64,000 nucleotides of DNA from Trichoplax sp. H2 (taxonomy: Eukaryota). Of the stretch, positions 23,369 through 38,388 are shown in pieces. The notes under the pieces were generated by a model, which was not told the origin of the DNA, did no database searches, and saw nothing but the letters and a program-made list of their open reading frames with translations. The stretch covers positions 62,001-126,000 of the forward strand of contig NOWV01000206.1 in assembly GCA_003344405.1 (NCBI GenBank). Direction: 5' to 3'. The position numbers and the translations under genes were made by a program. The first letter of the stretch is position 1. The number at the start of each line of letters is the position of its first letter.

Positions 23369-24310
23369 ATTAGGATACTGTCTATTGTTTACAAATTGCT
23401 AATTACTATCGATCTATGATTGTGCCTTTACTGCTATTGTTCTCTACTAACTTTAGCATGAACCTTATCAAGAAAGGATATAACCTTTCACAGTTTTGCA
23501 GCTAGGGTAAAGTGCTAGCTACTGCAATGATGTTTTAAACGGTCGTTAAGAGCTATTATTAACGTTACACCTTTCTACAATTTATATTTATAGTATACCA
23601 GTAACGAACAATAAATTGATAATTTATCCATAGCTAGATCGACCTTTGTATGCTAATTTCAACGCCTTCGTTCTCACTTTGTTCGTGTTATCTCTAATTG
23701 TTTTAATAACAAAAAGCAGTTTTAGATTGTTTCATGTACAAGCTTGAAGATAGCAAGCATAGATTTACGAAACAATAATTAAAACGTCTTGAATAAGATA
23801 GCATTTAGGGATAATAGGCGTACAAATTGAATCATGTAGACTAAGAGGCTGAATTAACAATCACGGCAACAAGACAATTATAGAATTGTAGTTCTAAAGA
23901 ATCGCATAAATTCTGTGTACCAATAACTAATCAATCACCATGACAATTAACGACTTAAAACTATGAGAATGCAAATTAAGTTTGATGAGTAACCATCAAC
24001 ATTCCGGCGCTAATACAACAAAAGATTACATCCTATTATATATATTATGTTTCGTAATTGAATATATTCCTCGGCCCTTGCCGATTGTCAGTCATAAATT
24101 AATCGTCAATTTTTTCGTCACTTTGTTAAAACAGACATATGTTGCATCTGAGCGAGAAACATTTAATTAACGAAGAAGTTATATTCCATTCCAAGTGATC
24201 TTAGAAAAGTGTAATTTCTTTTCAATTAAATCACACATTTTTATTGGCCGTGGTCTTAAATAGCAGCACATATTCGAAAATTACCATTCTAAATTATTAC
24301 AGTTACCAGG

Positions 24311-25369
24311 ATGTCCCTAAGAATAGGTTATAGCATTTTTCTTGGCGTTTTTTATATAGTCCTTATGATTATTGCTATTCCCGGTAATACTTTAATACTA
24401 TGGATGACTTTCAGCAATAAACAATTACGTACGCCGACCAATTTACTCGTTAGTAATTTAGCAATTGGCGGTTTAGTTATTGCTATTTTTGCTATACCTT
24501 TTCGAATATGGTCGTCTTTTAATTTTAGTAGCTATCCGTTTTCATTGGCAACTTGTCGTTTTGAAAAAATGATTCCGTTATCAAGTATAATGGCCATTAC
24601 ATGCACTCTGTGTATCATTTGCGTGGATCGTTTTATTGCTGTGGTTTATCCCGTTAAGCATCATCTAAAAATGACTGCACTGAAAGCCTATATACTCATA
24701 CCTACGATTTGGATTGTCTCAATAGCCTCATTTATACCATATGCAACCTTTAATATTTTATATAACTATTTTGGCACAATCTTTTGCATCCCATATTGGC
24801 CTGATAATAGGGCAGTAGACATAGTTCTTAGTCGAAACGCAACTACTGGCGAACCTACCTCATATTTGGAATTTTCAAGGGTAATGTACTGGATATTTAT
24901 TGTCGTCTTTCTTTTTTATATACCAGCTATTATGATGACGTTTTTATATTCTATCACCGTTTTGAAAGTTAGAAGCACTATACAACCTAGTTATGGAAGC
25001 TTCAAAATGGTCAGTTCAGATAGTAATAAAGCCAAAGTCAAACAACGAAAGCGAGTTATTAATATTATGATTGCTTGCTGCTCACTCTTTGTCTTTACAG
25101 GCTTACCTTATTATACTCTGAACATGTTGTTGGATTTACGAGTTATTACTTTACAATCAGATGTTCGATTTGTTGTTTTCCGAACTTTAGCAGCGTTCCT
25201 TTTTACCAGTATTGCTTATAACGCAATTATTTACGGTTATTTCAATACAACTTATCGAAAATATACTCCTTTATGGCTAAAACATATAGGAAGCGTTTTG
25301 ACGTTTAAAAGATCAACAACGATTACAAATTTATCTACAACGACGCAGCAGGAACAAATTCATTCATAG
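24311..25369 (+). CDS. Intronless class A (rhodopsin-like) GPCR, peptide-receptor-like; array member 1 (352 aa)
   Basis: Seven hydrophobic segments; IPGN (TM1), CVDRF (TM3), W in TM4, ECL2 Cys, FYIP (TM5), GLPYY (TM6), YNAIIYGYFN (TM7). Confidence 0.94.
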   Translation: MSLRIGYSIFLGVFYIVLMIIAIPGNTLILWMTFSNKQLRTPTNLLVSNLAIGGLVIAIFAIPFRIWSSFNFSSYPFSLATCRFEKMIPLSSIMAITCTLCIICVDRFIAVVYPVKHHLKMTALKAYILIPTIWIVSIASFIPYATFNILYNYFGTIFCIPYWPDNRAVDIVLSRNATTGEPTSYLEFSRVMYWIFIVVFLFYIPAIMMTFLYSITVLKVRSTIQPSYGSFKMVSSDSNKAKVKQRKRVINIMIACCSLFVFTGLPYYTLNMLLDLRVITLQSDVRFVVFRTLAAFLFTSIAYNAIIYGYFNTTYRKYTPLWLKHIGSVLTFKRSTTITNLSTTTQQEQIHS

Positions 25370-28300
25370 TATATTCTAAGGAGAATAATTACCTTATTAA
25401 AGCGTTCTGCTGTGAAAGTTTAGAGCTAAACACATCATTAACAACATGGCTTAGTCACAGAAAGTTTTCAAACTATCGTTCCAGTGATATCTCCGACAAG
25501 CCTATTTAAAGGAATAGTCAATGACGTCTGCAAATTATGACGATGATCTACAAGGTTGGCAATCTGTCATTGGTCATAATTGTAGTAAATCTGAATATTT
25601 GTGAAGTAAAAAGCTAGATTATCACTAGTAATTAATTAATAACCGCAATATTTTCAATAGAAAGATTAACAGAAACTTTTTTTAATCTTTAACTACTACC
25701 TTCTGTGCAAGTAAACAAATTAAAAAGTACTATTTTTTGTTTGGAGTTATATAATTAAATGTTTATCAGTTCGTGTGTTAAATTTGACTACACAAGAAGG
25801 ATAAATGTAAATCAGTTTACGACAGTTTTTTACTCTAGCTACAAAATAACATATAAACGTATCAATATTACTAGTTTTTTGTAACGAAATATAAATAGTT
25901 GTTAGAAATATTTTTTTAACTAGGCAATCCGGCACAAGTACGTTTACTTTACCTAATTTAATAGCTACTCAGCACAGTAATCTAGTGTTGTAAAAAATAC
26001 ACAGTATAAACATAATTTATCTTTGCAATTTCATAGAATAAACTGTCCATTGAAACAGTCATTTATAAGCCGAATTCTAGGCCACTAACTTATATAGTGT
26101 ACGTATATGTCTGCTTTAGGCATGGCTTTTATCTTTAACATCATACGATGTTATCATCTAACTACTTAAACGATAATAAAGACAAAAAACTAAACCATAA
26201 ATAATCTACTCATTGCTTGATTAGCTGGCTCTCAAATCAGAAAACCTCTCTTTAAAGCGTAGAAAATTAGTTAAAAATGCATTTGGTCAGTGCTCAATCA
26301 AAAATAAGCCTGATTACTAGCTTAATGTTCTTACTGAATCATATTTAATTACGCATTTCATTTACTGGTTACTACTGCGTTTAGGTAGTTACTTGCAGTA
26401 ATAATGATGCTAATAAGACAGTTGTTCATTTTAAATTTCCCTTTCATATATGGGAAAGGGCATGATCTGCACAGATACAACATATAAGCCTGTTTTAGGC
26501 AATGGCGATTGTGCAATTTATATTAGTATAGTGCAAATAACATTTTGATGTACATAATGTGTTACTATCATCTCGAATTAAGAGAGAATTTTAGCTTACT
26601 GTTTTGCAAATTTGCTATATTCAACTGCAAATTATATCGAGCGGTCATTCCAGGAACATTCGTACTCAGAACAGGTCAATAGTTTAAGAAATAGATCCAA
26701 TCTGCTATAGATCTTCATTAGTATATTACTTGAATTGATACTATCCACCTCCTATATCAAATAAAGGTTCAAGATAACTACATTAATACATAATTAATTT
26801 AATAATTATATGTTAGACCATAATTGAGTAATCTATTGAAAATATTGTATATATGCAGTAGCTCGAAAGATAAGTACACTCTTAAATGATTTCATCAACC
26901 AATCACATAACATACTAAAGCAAAATATGTATGAATTAAACCTGCCAAAATTAGTAGAAAAACTAGTTTCGAAACTAAAATATGCTCTCGATCTAGTTTC
27001 CGATACTTTGGAATATGAGAAACCAGCACTTGCTGTAACGTATTTGCTAGGACCACATATAGAGAAGAATCTATAAAAATTTACGAGGAAAATTCAGATA
27101 CAACTAGCTTATATATATTGCCGATATACATAGTTAACAAAGCGTAAATAATTACTTTATTATAACATATAATGGTTTACGGCAGGAAGTAATTCCATTG
27201 TTGGATCCTTTATAATATCTGCAGTCAAAAGAGTAACTTGATACCATATAAAGTGAAATCCTATTCTCTTACTCCCTTCAGATACAGTAATATTCTGTAG
27301 GCGATATTCTTTTACAAGTTCAGATGAGCTTGCTCTTTATACCATATATATAAGTCCCGTTTAAAATATACTCTAGCATGTTTACAAAGAATCTACAGTG
27401 TCAAGGTGTGGGATATTCTTTGACATAGCTCTTTTAGGATTTAAATATTTCTACCATTGACTGTATTGAGTCAAATAATAGAAAATTACAATCTCTATAT
27501 AGGTATACTATACGGTACCTATTAGAATTCAGCATGCACATAATCTTTTAACTAAAGAGCATATTTCTACAATTTGCTCTAAATAGCAATAATAGACAAG
27601 ATAATGACATTCACTACGAGATACCGTCTTACTACTAAGTAAATTGCTATCTAAAATGTTTAAAATAAAGATTCTACGTCTATATCAAAGTACAGTAGAT
27701 ACAATGGCAAGATTCATATTTCAAAGAAGTTAAACATATTTAATATCTTTAAGGGATAACATACTTGGAAAGTAGGTACGCGATAGGGAATCGTCAAAGT
27801 AATAAAATAAAAACTATAATTTCTTATTAATTTCTTTTTATTACATAAGTTAAGTTCTTCTGAGAGCAACCATGGATCATCTAGCTACAATAACGCGATC
27901 TAGATTATTACAGTAACATTCACAATCTATATTAAATTAATACAGAACGATTTTTCTTCTATACAATCATATCTTGTCAGTTAAGTCTCATGATTAGATC
28001 TAATCTACCATCGTGTCATCAATTCATAATTCAACCTTCTAAGTAATATATCACAATGCAAATTTTACAATTCTTACATGTTCAGCGCTATCTATTTATG
28101 TCTTAGAATTTCAATATAAATATCTCAATGGAATTGCTAGCGGGCAAACTGCAATCAGCTTCCAAAAATAGACTCTTACGCAATCTAATATACAGTACAA
28201 GTTTAAGTGCTCTCATAAATCTTAATCTTAGCAAAATCTGGGGCTACACCACAAGATGCTGCAAATTTCAATCATAAGAATTGTGTATTGAACAGAGTAC

Positions 28301-30596
28301 TTGATAATAATTTCTTATGTTGCAAGTTTAACAATCGCTAATGTCATAATGCCTGTAGATTGCAATTTGACTGTAACTTTTAAAAATATTCCGTCCTTCG
28401 ACAGCTGTTCATAGTACTATACAAGATGATATCCAGGTTGAGTTGGTTACGGATCAATGGTAGCATGCTCGTAGCTAGGAGTGTTGAGTGTTAGCTTGAA
28501 TACAAAGACTGCTACCGATGATTTGTTAAAATTATAACACATTGCACCTTGAACTTGCAAATTCTGTAAACTTCTGAATATATCTTAACCAAGGTTATCT
28601 TATCCTAAATAATTAATAATCTTTGACTCTATTAATCTATTTGTGCTATCCACACTATCAATAGATACTGCAGATTGGTATTCCTTTTAATGAAAATTAC
28701 TTCCAAATACGAGAATGTAAATCATTGCGTTATATAAAGCCTAAATTAACATTTCATATAAATTGCTATAATAGAGGATGAAATATTTTAAACTGATTGG
28801 AAACGCCAACGATCATTAGTGCTGAGATTAATCATACGATATATAATTTAATCAACTTACTTAACTAGCTCGAGCATCAGTTATTCAATTAATTATGCTT
28901 TACTTAGCTAAGCTATAGAAGAGTATGAGTTCTTTCTGAATAAAACAAATTTTAATAAATAGATCGTAAAGTAATTAGAAATTCAACTTGATTCATGATG
29001 ATAATAGGAAATAATTATGCAATGTGTACTAAAAAGTCAATGATATAAAGAATATAGATTAGTAGTAATCAGTCTATTTATTAGTTACGATGTTTACTTC
29101 TTCAGTGAGAACGTTCTCAGAATTGGAGATTAATAAACAGCTAGAGGAAAAATAAATCGTTTTAATTAATCAATATTTTCCGAAGTGGCCCTTGTACTTT
29201 ACAGGATAAATTTTGGTGGTATTTTCGTGGACTTTGTATGAAAATACAAAAACAGCAAACATGCCTCTCGTATCGTCCATGTCACAAGCTCAATCGAGAA
29301 AGAAAGATATTTCTTTATTATGAGAAAGTATCCTCACTGGAGTTAAAGTAAGATGAAGTATGCTAACATATCTCTTACTTTGATAGAAATAAAGTTAACG
29401 CTGCAGCTGTAAAATTGATATGAGATGAATAAGAAATGAGAAATTATAATACCTAATAAAAAGAAGTTGATAGCTCCTTCAAATCAATCGATATTAGCTT
29501 TCGTTGGAGGCCTAAAATATTCATCTCAATGATAGCTAAATCATTGGTAATTATTCATAAAATAACCCTAAGAAGAGTCTCGTGTAAGTAAATAACCTTT
29601 GGAGAAAGGGTAGACGATGTCAGGAATATTAATAAAATTGAACAATAAATCGATACGATGTTTGATTTTCTTTACTATTTTATTGTTTCGATATTGTCTC
29701 GGTAAGGAACGAATTGACAGCCGGTAGACTATTATAGCCAGAGTGAAGAATAATAAAGTTGATGGAATGATATTAAAGAAGTTGACTACCCGAAAATATT
29801 GAAAAGTTTGTGAGATAATATAAACCTTTACTCATCATAACCTTTTATCATAAAATATTGAGATATAAAAGCGTGACCCATAAAGCTAATATCATTCCAT
29901 TCAATTTTACAGCATAATAAGTGTCATCAATTCAAGTAAAATTAGTGATATCATGGGTTACCAAGATAATTGTAAGATTGAGCAAATACGAATGACAATG
30001 GATATAATAGTAATGATTATGCTAAATAGGGAGGCCAGTGTACAGAATTATATTTACCCGTGACTATATTATATGGCATTGCATACTGATAGGATAGAAC
30101 CACTAACTGTTCAAACATCCATACATAATAATTAATATAATATTTGACATCAATTATATCGAAAAAAAATTTATTCAAGGCAAGGCATGTTAAAAGATGA
30201 AAATTCCAGTAAATAGTGTAAAGTCAACTGGGTAGATTGCATGCTTTGTTATTTTAACATGAAAGGCCTGACAGCTATTTACCAAAATAATCTAGATGCT
30301 AGAATTTAAGTAAATTTTTCGTTCTATTTTTAAGTAGTTTCTCGTAGATTTACCTTCAGAAGATTCTGAAACTGTTTTGAATAATATTGGAGAGCCTTAA
30401 AATAATATTAAGCTGATATTTCAATCGTAAATACCATTGATTACAGTAGCATTGTCCGTTTTAAAGCCTATTTCGACAATTTTAGTACTCTTTTTTGTTA
30501 CTTTCCGGCGATTTTTTTTTGCACATCTTATTAACTTCATCAGATGGTCAGTCTGAGTTCTTTATTTGTTCAAGTCGGTCTACAAAAATTTTGAAA

Positions 30597-31745
30597 ATGT
30601 CTTCTCTAGGAGCCATTAGAATATTTCTAAGTGTTGTTTATATTGGCTTAATGGTCGTCTCCATTCCTGGCAATTCATTGATTTTATGGATTACAAGCCA
30701 TCACCGACATCTCCAGGCATCGACTAACTTGCTAGTTTGCAATTTAGCCTTGGCTAGCATCTTGGTTGGGATCTTACGCTTACCGTTTATTATATTTGAG
30801 CTATTAAATCCTGATATTAGTTATCCATTTACTCAATCTATGTGTCAATTTCAAGCGCTTATATCTACAGCAAGTATCATGTGTATATCTATTACCTTAA
30901 CAACGATATGTATTGATCGCTACATTGTTATCGTTCATCCTCTAAAATTCGGATGGAAATTAAGTAAAAAGAAAACTTATATCGCTATTGCGATGAGTTG
31001 GATTATTTCCCTGATCTTTTTTGCACCATATACAAGCTTTAATATTCTTTATCAGCCCAATATCACGATATATTGCTTACCATTTTGGCCTGAAACACCA
31101 TACGATATCAATTTTACCCGCATTTTAAGCAACGGTCATGAAAATTTTATAAGGCTTGAGTTATCAAAATTTTTTGTATGGCTTCTGTTTAATTTATTGG
31201 TTTTTCTTGTCCCTTCAATAATTATGTTAACATTATATTTAAAAACCATACTTAAATTATGGTATAATACAAGTCCAAGTGATTTAAGACATAGTGATAG
31301 ACGTTATCTTGATGAAATACATCGCCTTAAACAAAAACAGCATGCAGTAAAAATAGTTATTACGTGCTGTGTTGCATTCATCATCTTGAATTCCCCATAT
31401 TATATAGTTACTATGCTTCTTGATTTTCAACTTTTATATATATCTAGAGTATCACAAAGCATCCTGTTCGATGTTTTAAAAACTATAAACTATTTATCTA
31501 TAGCTTACAATCCTATCATTTATGGCTACTTTAATCCTAGCTTTCGTAAGCATGCACCAAAATGGCTCTCTTGCGTCAGGATTAAACAACGCTTTCAAAT
31601 TCTACGTCGAAACCAAGAAGTAACATTTCATAGCACATTAAAAACTGAGCAATCTAAGTTAGGTTTAATTGATATCTCCAATACGAAATCTGAACATGAT
31701 ACTAGTAAACCATGCCTATATCATTTAAATGATACAATCCAGTGA
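30597..31745 (+). CDS. Intronless class A GPCR; array member 2
   Basis: The ORF track starts at a TTG (30495). The first ATG, 30597 (MSSLGAIR), aligns with the paralogue starts. Motifs IPGN, CIDRY, FLVP, NSPYY, YNPIIYGYFN. Confidence 0.94.
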   Translation: MSSLGAIRIFLSVVYIGLMVVSIPGNSLILWITSHHRHLQASTNLLVCNLALASILVGILRLPFIIFELLNPDISYPFTQSMCQFQALISTASIMCISITLTTICIDRYIVIVHPLKFGWKLSKKKTYIAIAMSWIISLIFFAPYTSFNILYQPNITIYCLPFWPETPYDINFTRILSNGHENFIRLELSKFFVWLLFNLLVFLVPSIIMLTLYLKTILKLWYNTSPSDLRHSDRRYLDEIHRLKQKQHAVKIVITCCVAFIILNSPYYIVTMLLDFQLLYISRVSQSILFDVLKTINYLSIAYNPIIYGYFNPSFRKHAPKWLSCVRIKQRFQILRRNQEVTFHSTLKTEQSKLGLIDISNTKSEHDTSKPCLYHLNDTIQ

Positions 31746-34700
31746 GCAACATATCTTATCATTTTTTTCTTTACTTCATCTAATTCTACACTATATTAGC
31801 AATAAATCTCAGTATCATATCAAATCTAAATATCCTACCATACTGAATGTAATCGATCTATCAGAGATTATTGTTTTTGTATTATCTTGATAGTCAGATA
31901 AAAGCGAGTTTACGCTATTGTAACACAATTTTTGGATCATCACAAAGTCAGCTATGGTATTAAATGCTATGATCATTCAAAATCTTAGCAAATTGTTATC
32001 ATTGTTTACCTATCGCTCAGTATTTTTAAGAAAAGTAACAACTATTTTATAATATTTGCTTGCGGATCAGCTATTTAATCTAGCCAAATTTGTTATAAGC
32101 ATCCCCACATTATTACTTATCAATTCTCTAATACGGTTACTATTCCAAGTTTTAAATGTTGAAAGTGCAATTTATACCTGTATATCTTCCCTTACGTAGA
32201 CATACCATTAAATCTAAATTGATGGCCTAGTAAAATATCTATCGATATCAGCAATAAAATTTAATCTGAAATCGATCTTCAAGTTTACTTTAATCATTTG
32301 ATTCATGCAACACAGATCTAACGCTGTATCATCTTACTGGCTGAAACATTTTTAGCTAGTCATGGTAAGAAACTTTGAAAATATTACAGGAAGTAACTTT
32401 AAATATAAACTTTGCTCCATAAATAACAGAATGTTGATTTTAACTTCATCAATTCTGTAGCTGCTTTGCAATTAGAGGCAATTGATCTGTTGTAAATATG
32501 CTAATGTTATGAACATTTATAGAAGAATGTTTTCGATCTACCTGAAAGCAATAGGGACAAGCACGCATATAGATATTGCAATATTAAACGATGTTGAAAG
32601 CAATAGTAATATTGGGGTACAGATGTGCTACAGCTATCACTTTTATTGGGTAATCCTTTCGCCATCGTAACCAGTGCTTATGTACAGAGTGTAATGATAA
32701 TACCTTTAAACTCTATAACTGCTTTATTGATACAGTTATTTGTAACTAGAAAACGATGCCAAAGGTACTCCCAAAATTTTATACCATCTTATCGCCCACA
32801 ACATCTATTCTGATTGAATTTTAATAGAAGAGGCATAAAACTCACTCTAAATATAGTATGTCTTAATATATAACTGCTTACCGACGTCAAAACAATGCAA
32901 AATATTTGAATTCTGACATCTATACAACGTACAAATTCGTTGTTTCTTTATCACTTTTAATCTCCATTAAATTTTAAAGGCCATCTAAATTGTTATTAAT
33001 TATTTATGATAATTTCATAGTGTATAATATCCAGAGTAAAATTAATTGAGGATGAGTGAAGCAGGATGTTGCGATCAGATATCACACAGTTTATTATAGA
33101 TCGACGTGAAATTGCTCTAGAAGTAAGTTAAATTTTAGCTTGGTTAGGAATAAGCTATTAATAAAATAATATCTTTGTATATCTTATTCCTAAAATATAG
33201 AAGTAACATGGCTAATTGAACATAAAACCACTGGCAGAAAATTTAGTTTTAGGTATTAAATGCGACATAGTTAAATACTCAATCATATCGACTGATCCTA
33301 CATGATACCGATAGTGATAAATGTTATTGTGAAATTATTTTATAAAAGATGCGATTGTTTAACATCAGTATATTTTCCTAAATAAGGAGTCTAGACTTAA
33401 TTATTATTTGATGAATAATATTATTATGCACGTACATCCCAAACTAGAATCGATCTTCTGGTAAATTGAATATGATAAAACAAAACGCGGACATTTTACC
33501 TTAGCCAACAGTTTTGCTATCTTTCTCAATTCCAGAGAATTGAAATTTTGAACTTGACTGAATAAACTATTTATGTTTTACGACTATTGACTGCCCCAGC
33601 AATCATGAGCTATAGGCATAACGTAAATACCAGTGTCTGTAATTATAAGAATCTTATTAAAGTTAATTCAAGGATGCTATAATACATAGAAATAAGACTA
33701 ATCGGTGAACCAGACATTGCAAAAACCAACGCTATTTTGACAATTACTACTTCTGGCATAATTTCCAGTAATAGAAATACGTGTAATGATTCATTCCGAA
33801 AATACAATTGTTCTTTGCTTACTAACCTCATCTACGATAGCATTTCCGCCCCTTCGGTTATTAAAAATTAAAATAGTATCTACTGCGTAATATTATCGTA
33901 AAGTAATGATATATTATGTCTACGATCATACGAATAATACTGCTTTATTCTAATAATACGGTATTGTAAAAGACCGTATTTATGCCGTTATGGCATATAG
34001 TTTTTTGTATTACTATCATATGTAATATTTCGGATATAATCGACATTATTGTCTGTTTTGTTATGTAATGATAACTCGCTCTATATAGATACAAAGCAAT
34101 AAAATCCGACATTATATCTGATAAATATTGATAATGAAATAATAACGATAGTATCACCGTAATCAATATCGTTCATGATTGTTTCTTATAGATTATTCTT
34201 TAAAGATAGTCCTGTTACCATTTAACTGATTTCGCGTGAACGTTGTTGTTAATTGCTAGAGCCTTTCTTAGTAAGTCTGTATAATTGATTATTTCTCGCG
34301 TATCGGATTACTGCCATAGAGCTATCGATTAAAATTTCATATCTGAATACGCCAGATTTATATTGTTGAATTACACATACTTTATTCTTGTAACCCTACC
34401 TTCACAATTACGATTAGTATTATGAAGCAAGTAACTGTCAATTTCGGATTTACCAGTATTTGATATTATGTATATATATTTATTAAATAAATTTCACGTT
34501 GATCAACCAAAGCTAGAATTAATTGGTTCGGTAGATGATGTTGCTAATAGAGATTATTTGAAAATGACTGAAATAAACAAAGTCGTTGGATGAATGATTT
34601 GTAGTAATTTAAAAATGAAATTGAGCACGATAACATCAGCGTCAATCCGTTCACTTCCTAAAGACTGTAATAAGGCATTTGTTACATTCGTTTACATAAC

Positions 34701-35078
34701 TACAATCCCAAGATAAATTTGGGCTAGTTACCTTACAATTGTTGATCATATTGGTGCCGAGACGACTGACAGAAAATTTTACGTCAATATACTTGATAAA
34801 TCATCGAACTCCAAACAGAATTATCTCTACCTTCATTACTATTATATACTCAAGAGGAGGATTGTTATCTAAATGAATTCAAAACAGTTAGCTAGCACGT
34901 ATAAATAGGGTTAAATTTGCATTTACTATGTAGAGCTAGAATTGGCCTGTAAATTCGATAGCAGACTCATTAATTACCAGCTTTAAAAGAATTTATATCG
35001 TCATGAAATACCACGAGAACCTAATACTACCAGCAAATCGGATGATATTCTATATCGTATGAACTTTTTAAATGCCCA

Positions 35079-35227
35079 TGTGACAAAGTGATCTTCAAAA
35101 CAATAAATCAAGAACTACAGTTTCTTGCAAATTTCACTTTATTACAGAAGTTAGGTTCGTCTAACTACCAAGGACTATCTGACTATCTGACAATCTACTT
35201 ATTACAGCAAAATTCACGATTTATATA
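35079..35227. repeat. 149-bp element, near-identical inverted copy at 50364..50512
   Basis: tgtgacaaagtgatcttcaaaac...aaattcacgatttatata is the reverse complement of 50364..50512 with one visible mismatch. Confidence 0.95.
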
Positions 35228-38200
35228 GCGAACCAGAATGTGACCTCTAGAATTCTAAGGCGCAAATATTCTAAGTAAAAATTCTATAAAGTTATGCAAC
35301 TCTTTTTAGATTACTTCTGTATGGTATTTACGCATCGTAGGACATTAACATATAAGAATGAATGATGTATAAAGACGCAGAATGATTTAAAGCTATTACC
35401 AGAGAGAAGGTAAGTTGATTTAAAACTGAAATCGCTATCGCCCGCAATAAAGTCTTGATTCACTCTAATAATATGAAAATCGAACATAATGGAGCACATA
35501 TCTGGCTTTCTATTTTTAAATGTTGGGCTACCCCTACAGCTTGCAAATATTTTGCGTTTTTACAATAATTATTAAAATATTCTAAGATTGACTGAATGGA
35601 TACAGTAGAAAAGAATATATCTACAGTACCTTCAATTGATATTATCATGCATCAGATTTAATGTTCCATATACTTTTGCTCGTTAGGAGATCTAGTATCT
35701 AATATGAAGTAACCACCAAAGTATCTCTTGTATAGATATATATTAAAGAAGTGTTAAATAGTCATACTTCAAGATTCATACTTTGCTAGCTATTCAAAGT
35801 TATTTTCCTATAAAACTGTAATTCAGCGCAATATAATAAGCACTCTAATATCTTTAAACTCATAATAGCCCTCAAAGTGTTCATTCATTACTTATTGTTG
35901 TATTAATTAACCTAAGCAGAGGTTTAGCTCAAAGTAGAAGTACGTATACAAATAACATATTTACTTACTTCTTGATTAGTCATCCTTTAAAATGTTTGAC
36001 AAGAAAATACATAATTGATCTTGAACTTTATGTTTATGAATGCTGTAACTTCCAATAGTTACTTGGCATATTTAGAATGAAATCATATGCTGTTCCAATT
36101 ATATTACTTGTGTTTAAAAGAAAAATAACGAAGCTTTACAGTAAATGTGCTATAAGTTTTTAGCCACTATCTTCATTTAGGGTGGATTAAACTGTTATCT
36201 AGATACGTCCAGAAAAATTTGCTGCAAAATTTAAAGATAACGATTTTGTCCATGTTCTCATATGCTGCAAGAGAAATTCTATTTTGATATTAAACAATGA
36301 GTCTAGCAATCTCGGCGCAGCATTAAAGATAAAAGTAGTCGAAAAATGTTGTTTAGAGTCTATGTTTGATTATTATCAACTAGTTGTCACGCATGCTTCC
36401 TTCCATTTAATTACTCATACAAGCATTAAACTTATTATTTAACCTCCACGATCGAGTTAATTTATAAGGTGGAAACAGGAATTGAGTAATAGAAATGAAA
36501 AATATTTGGTTGGAGCATTAAAAAAGTCTACAGTCCTCATATTTAGATCACGTATCAATAGGTATGAACTTATTTAAAATCAAACCGATCTAAGTACGGT
36601 ATTATATACTAATTAACGCCTTTGCAATATGCCTTCAGATTACGATTAGAGTCATTGATCTTTAATTTTTACTTTTCATTAGTTATAAATTAATCAATGG
36701 TTATTTTATAATTCTCAAAATTTCGTTATTAGTGTTTTGTTGCAATATCATTTTGGAATCACGCACGAAAAGCATCATGACTAGTTGACATAGACTTAAA
36801 TTAATTTTCTCAAAACAGTAATTGCATTGTAAGAATAAACCCTCAACATTTGCGTATTCAACATTGGAATAACAATAATACTGATTTGCCTTGTGTTATG
36901 GTCATGGAATCAGCGAAATTGCTTATGATCGAAAATAACGAATTATTGTATTTAGTTACAATAACACTAGTCGTTATGATAAACAGTTAGTACATGTTAT
37001 CGAAAACATGAAATTCCTTTAATTCCCCTAATAAATATCAGATTAATACAAGCTTTGTATATTCCTATTCAATATTTAAAGTGTTAATATTGTGCAAATT
37101 CCATCTTCAGCGACGCCATGAAAATTTTATTTACGTCATACTGACGAACTAGACTTGATGGCAATGATGTAGTAGGCTATATTGATGACGGCATCGATCG
37201 GATTAATTATAACTGCATGGATCTTAGCGAGTTTGTTTTCACCTAGAAGCCTTTGTCAATAAAATATTCTAGCTGTGTAATAATATTTAATCTTGAGATT
37301 CTTATCAATGTAATAAGTGATCGAAGTAAATGAGTTGTAATTATAAAATAACAAAGGTATCTATAATGAATCATTATGTGCTGTATCCACATCAATCATA
37401 ACATTTAATGAGATTATTAGTATTCATTCTAAAGTCATTAACCCACCCTATGATCACATTAATTATATAGCTATCGGTATATTATCTTCATTATTATCGT
37501 AACTATCAAGTATATTCCGCGGTAAGCAGTAAGTTAGCATTTCATTAATAAGGGTCTCTACATAACGACCCAGAAATGTAGTTCACGTATCAGTAAATCG
37601 CGTTCGATATGTAATAGACTAAGCCAATGAGAGAAATTGCGATAGAGCTATCCAAGCCAATATTAGCAACCGCAAATCATCATACTGTCTTTAGTATTCT
37701 GCTTTACTGATATCTGACATATTTTTTGAATAATCCAGTGTCCATGCTCGTAGTATAGTCTTAATTAACGCCTAAAATAAATAGAATGCGGATAAGAAAA
37801 ACTGAATTAAAATGATTTTCTGCTACCGATCTTTCAATTAATAAACTCCACGTTAGATAGAAAAAACAATTGCAAATTTTTGCAATAAACGCTGTAAAAT
37901 AAAGTGTGTAATTAGTACCTATAATTTTAATTTACATTAAAACCCGCTAGGTTGGACTATGGTATGTTTGTTTATTCAGTTAATGATATTGGCGTCAACA
38001 CCTTTATTTACATACAATGCGAATGCCATCTTGCCGTCTAATGGTGAGGGCATATCACCTGTTGTTCCGGCCTATAGTAACCATAACAACGATACTGAAT
38101 TATTTATTCAATCATATCCCGTGTTGCTTTTAGCAGCGACAACTGGTGAACGTGCCCTATCATTGTGGCACTTTTTATTCGATCTCAAGAAATAAAGAGG

Positions 38201-38388
38201 GTGTTCTTCAGCTGCTATTTTTCCATATTGAAGTTTCAACTACTTTGGATTGAAATACTTGTAGTTATAATATTTTACCGTAACTGGTCAAAATAATACT
38301 AAGCTACAGATTTATTTTTTTACATTAGCTATTTCTCGATTTTAATTCTCTGAGTTAAGAAGAATTATATTCATATTTTCCTATAAAA

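Noticed and set aside
28440..28515. tRNA-derived SINE-like head (caatggtagcatgctcg...gcttgaatac)
   Set aside because: The A/B box matches are poor, and there is no second copy and no cloverleaf.
37959..38195. 78-aa ORF with signal-peptide-like start upstream of GPCR 3
   Set aside because: It has no dibasic or amidation sites suggesting a prepropeptide and no clear splice into the receptor frame; its length is within chance expectation.
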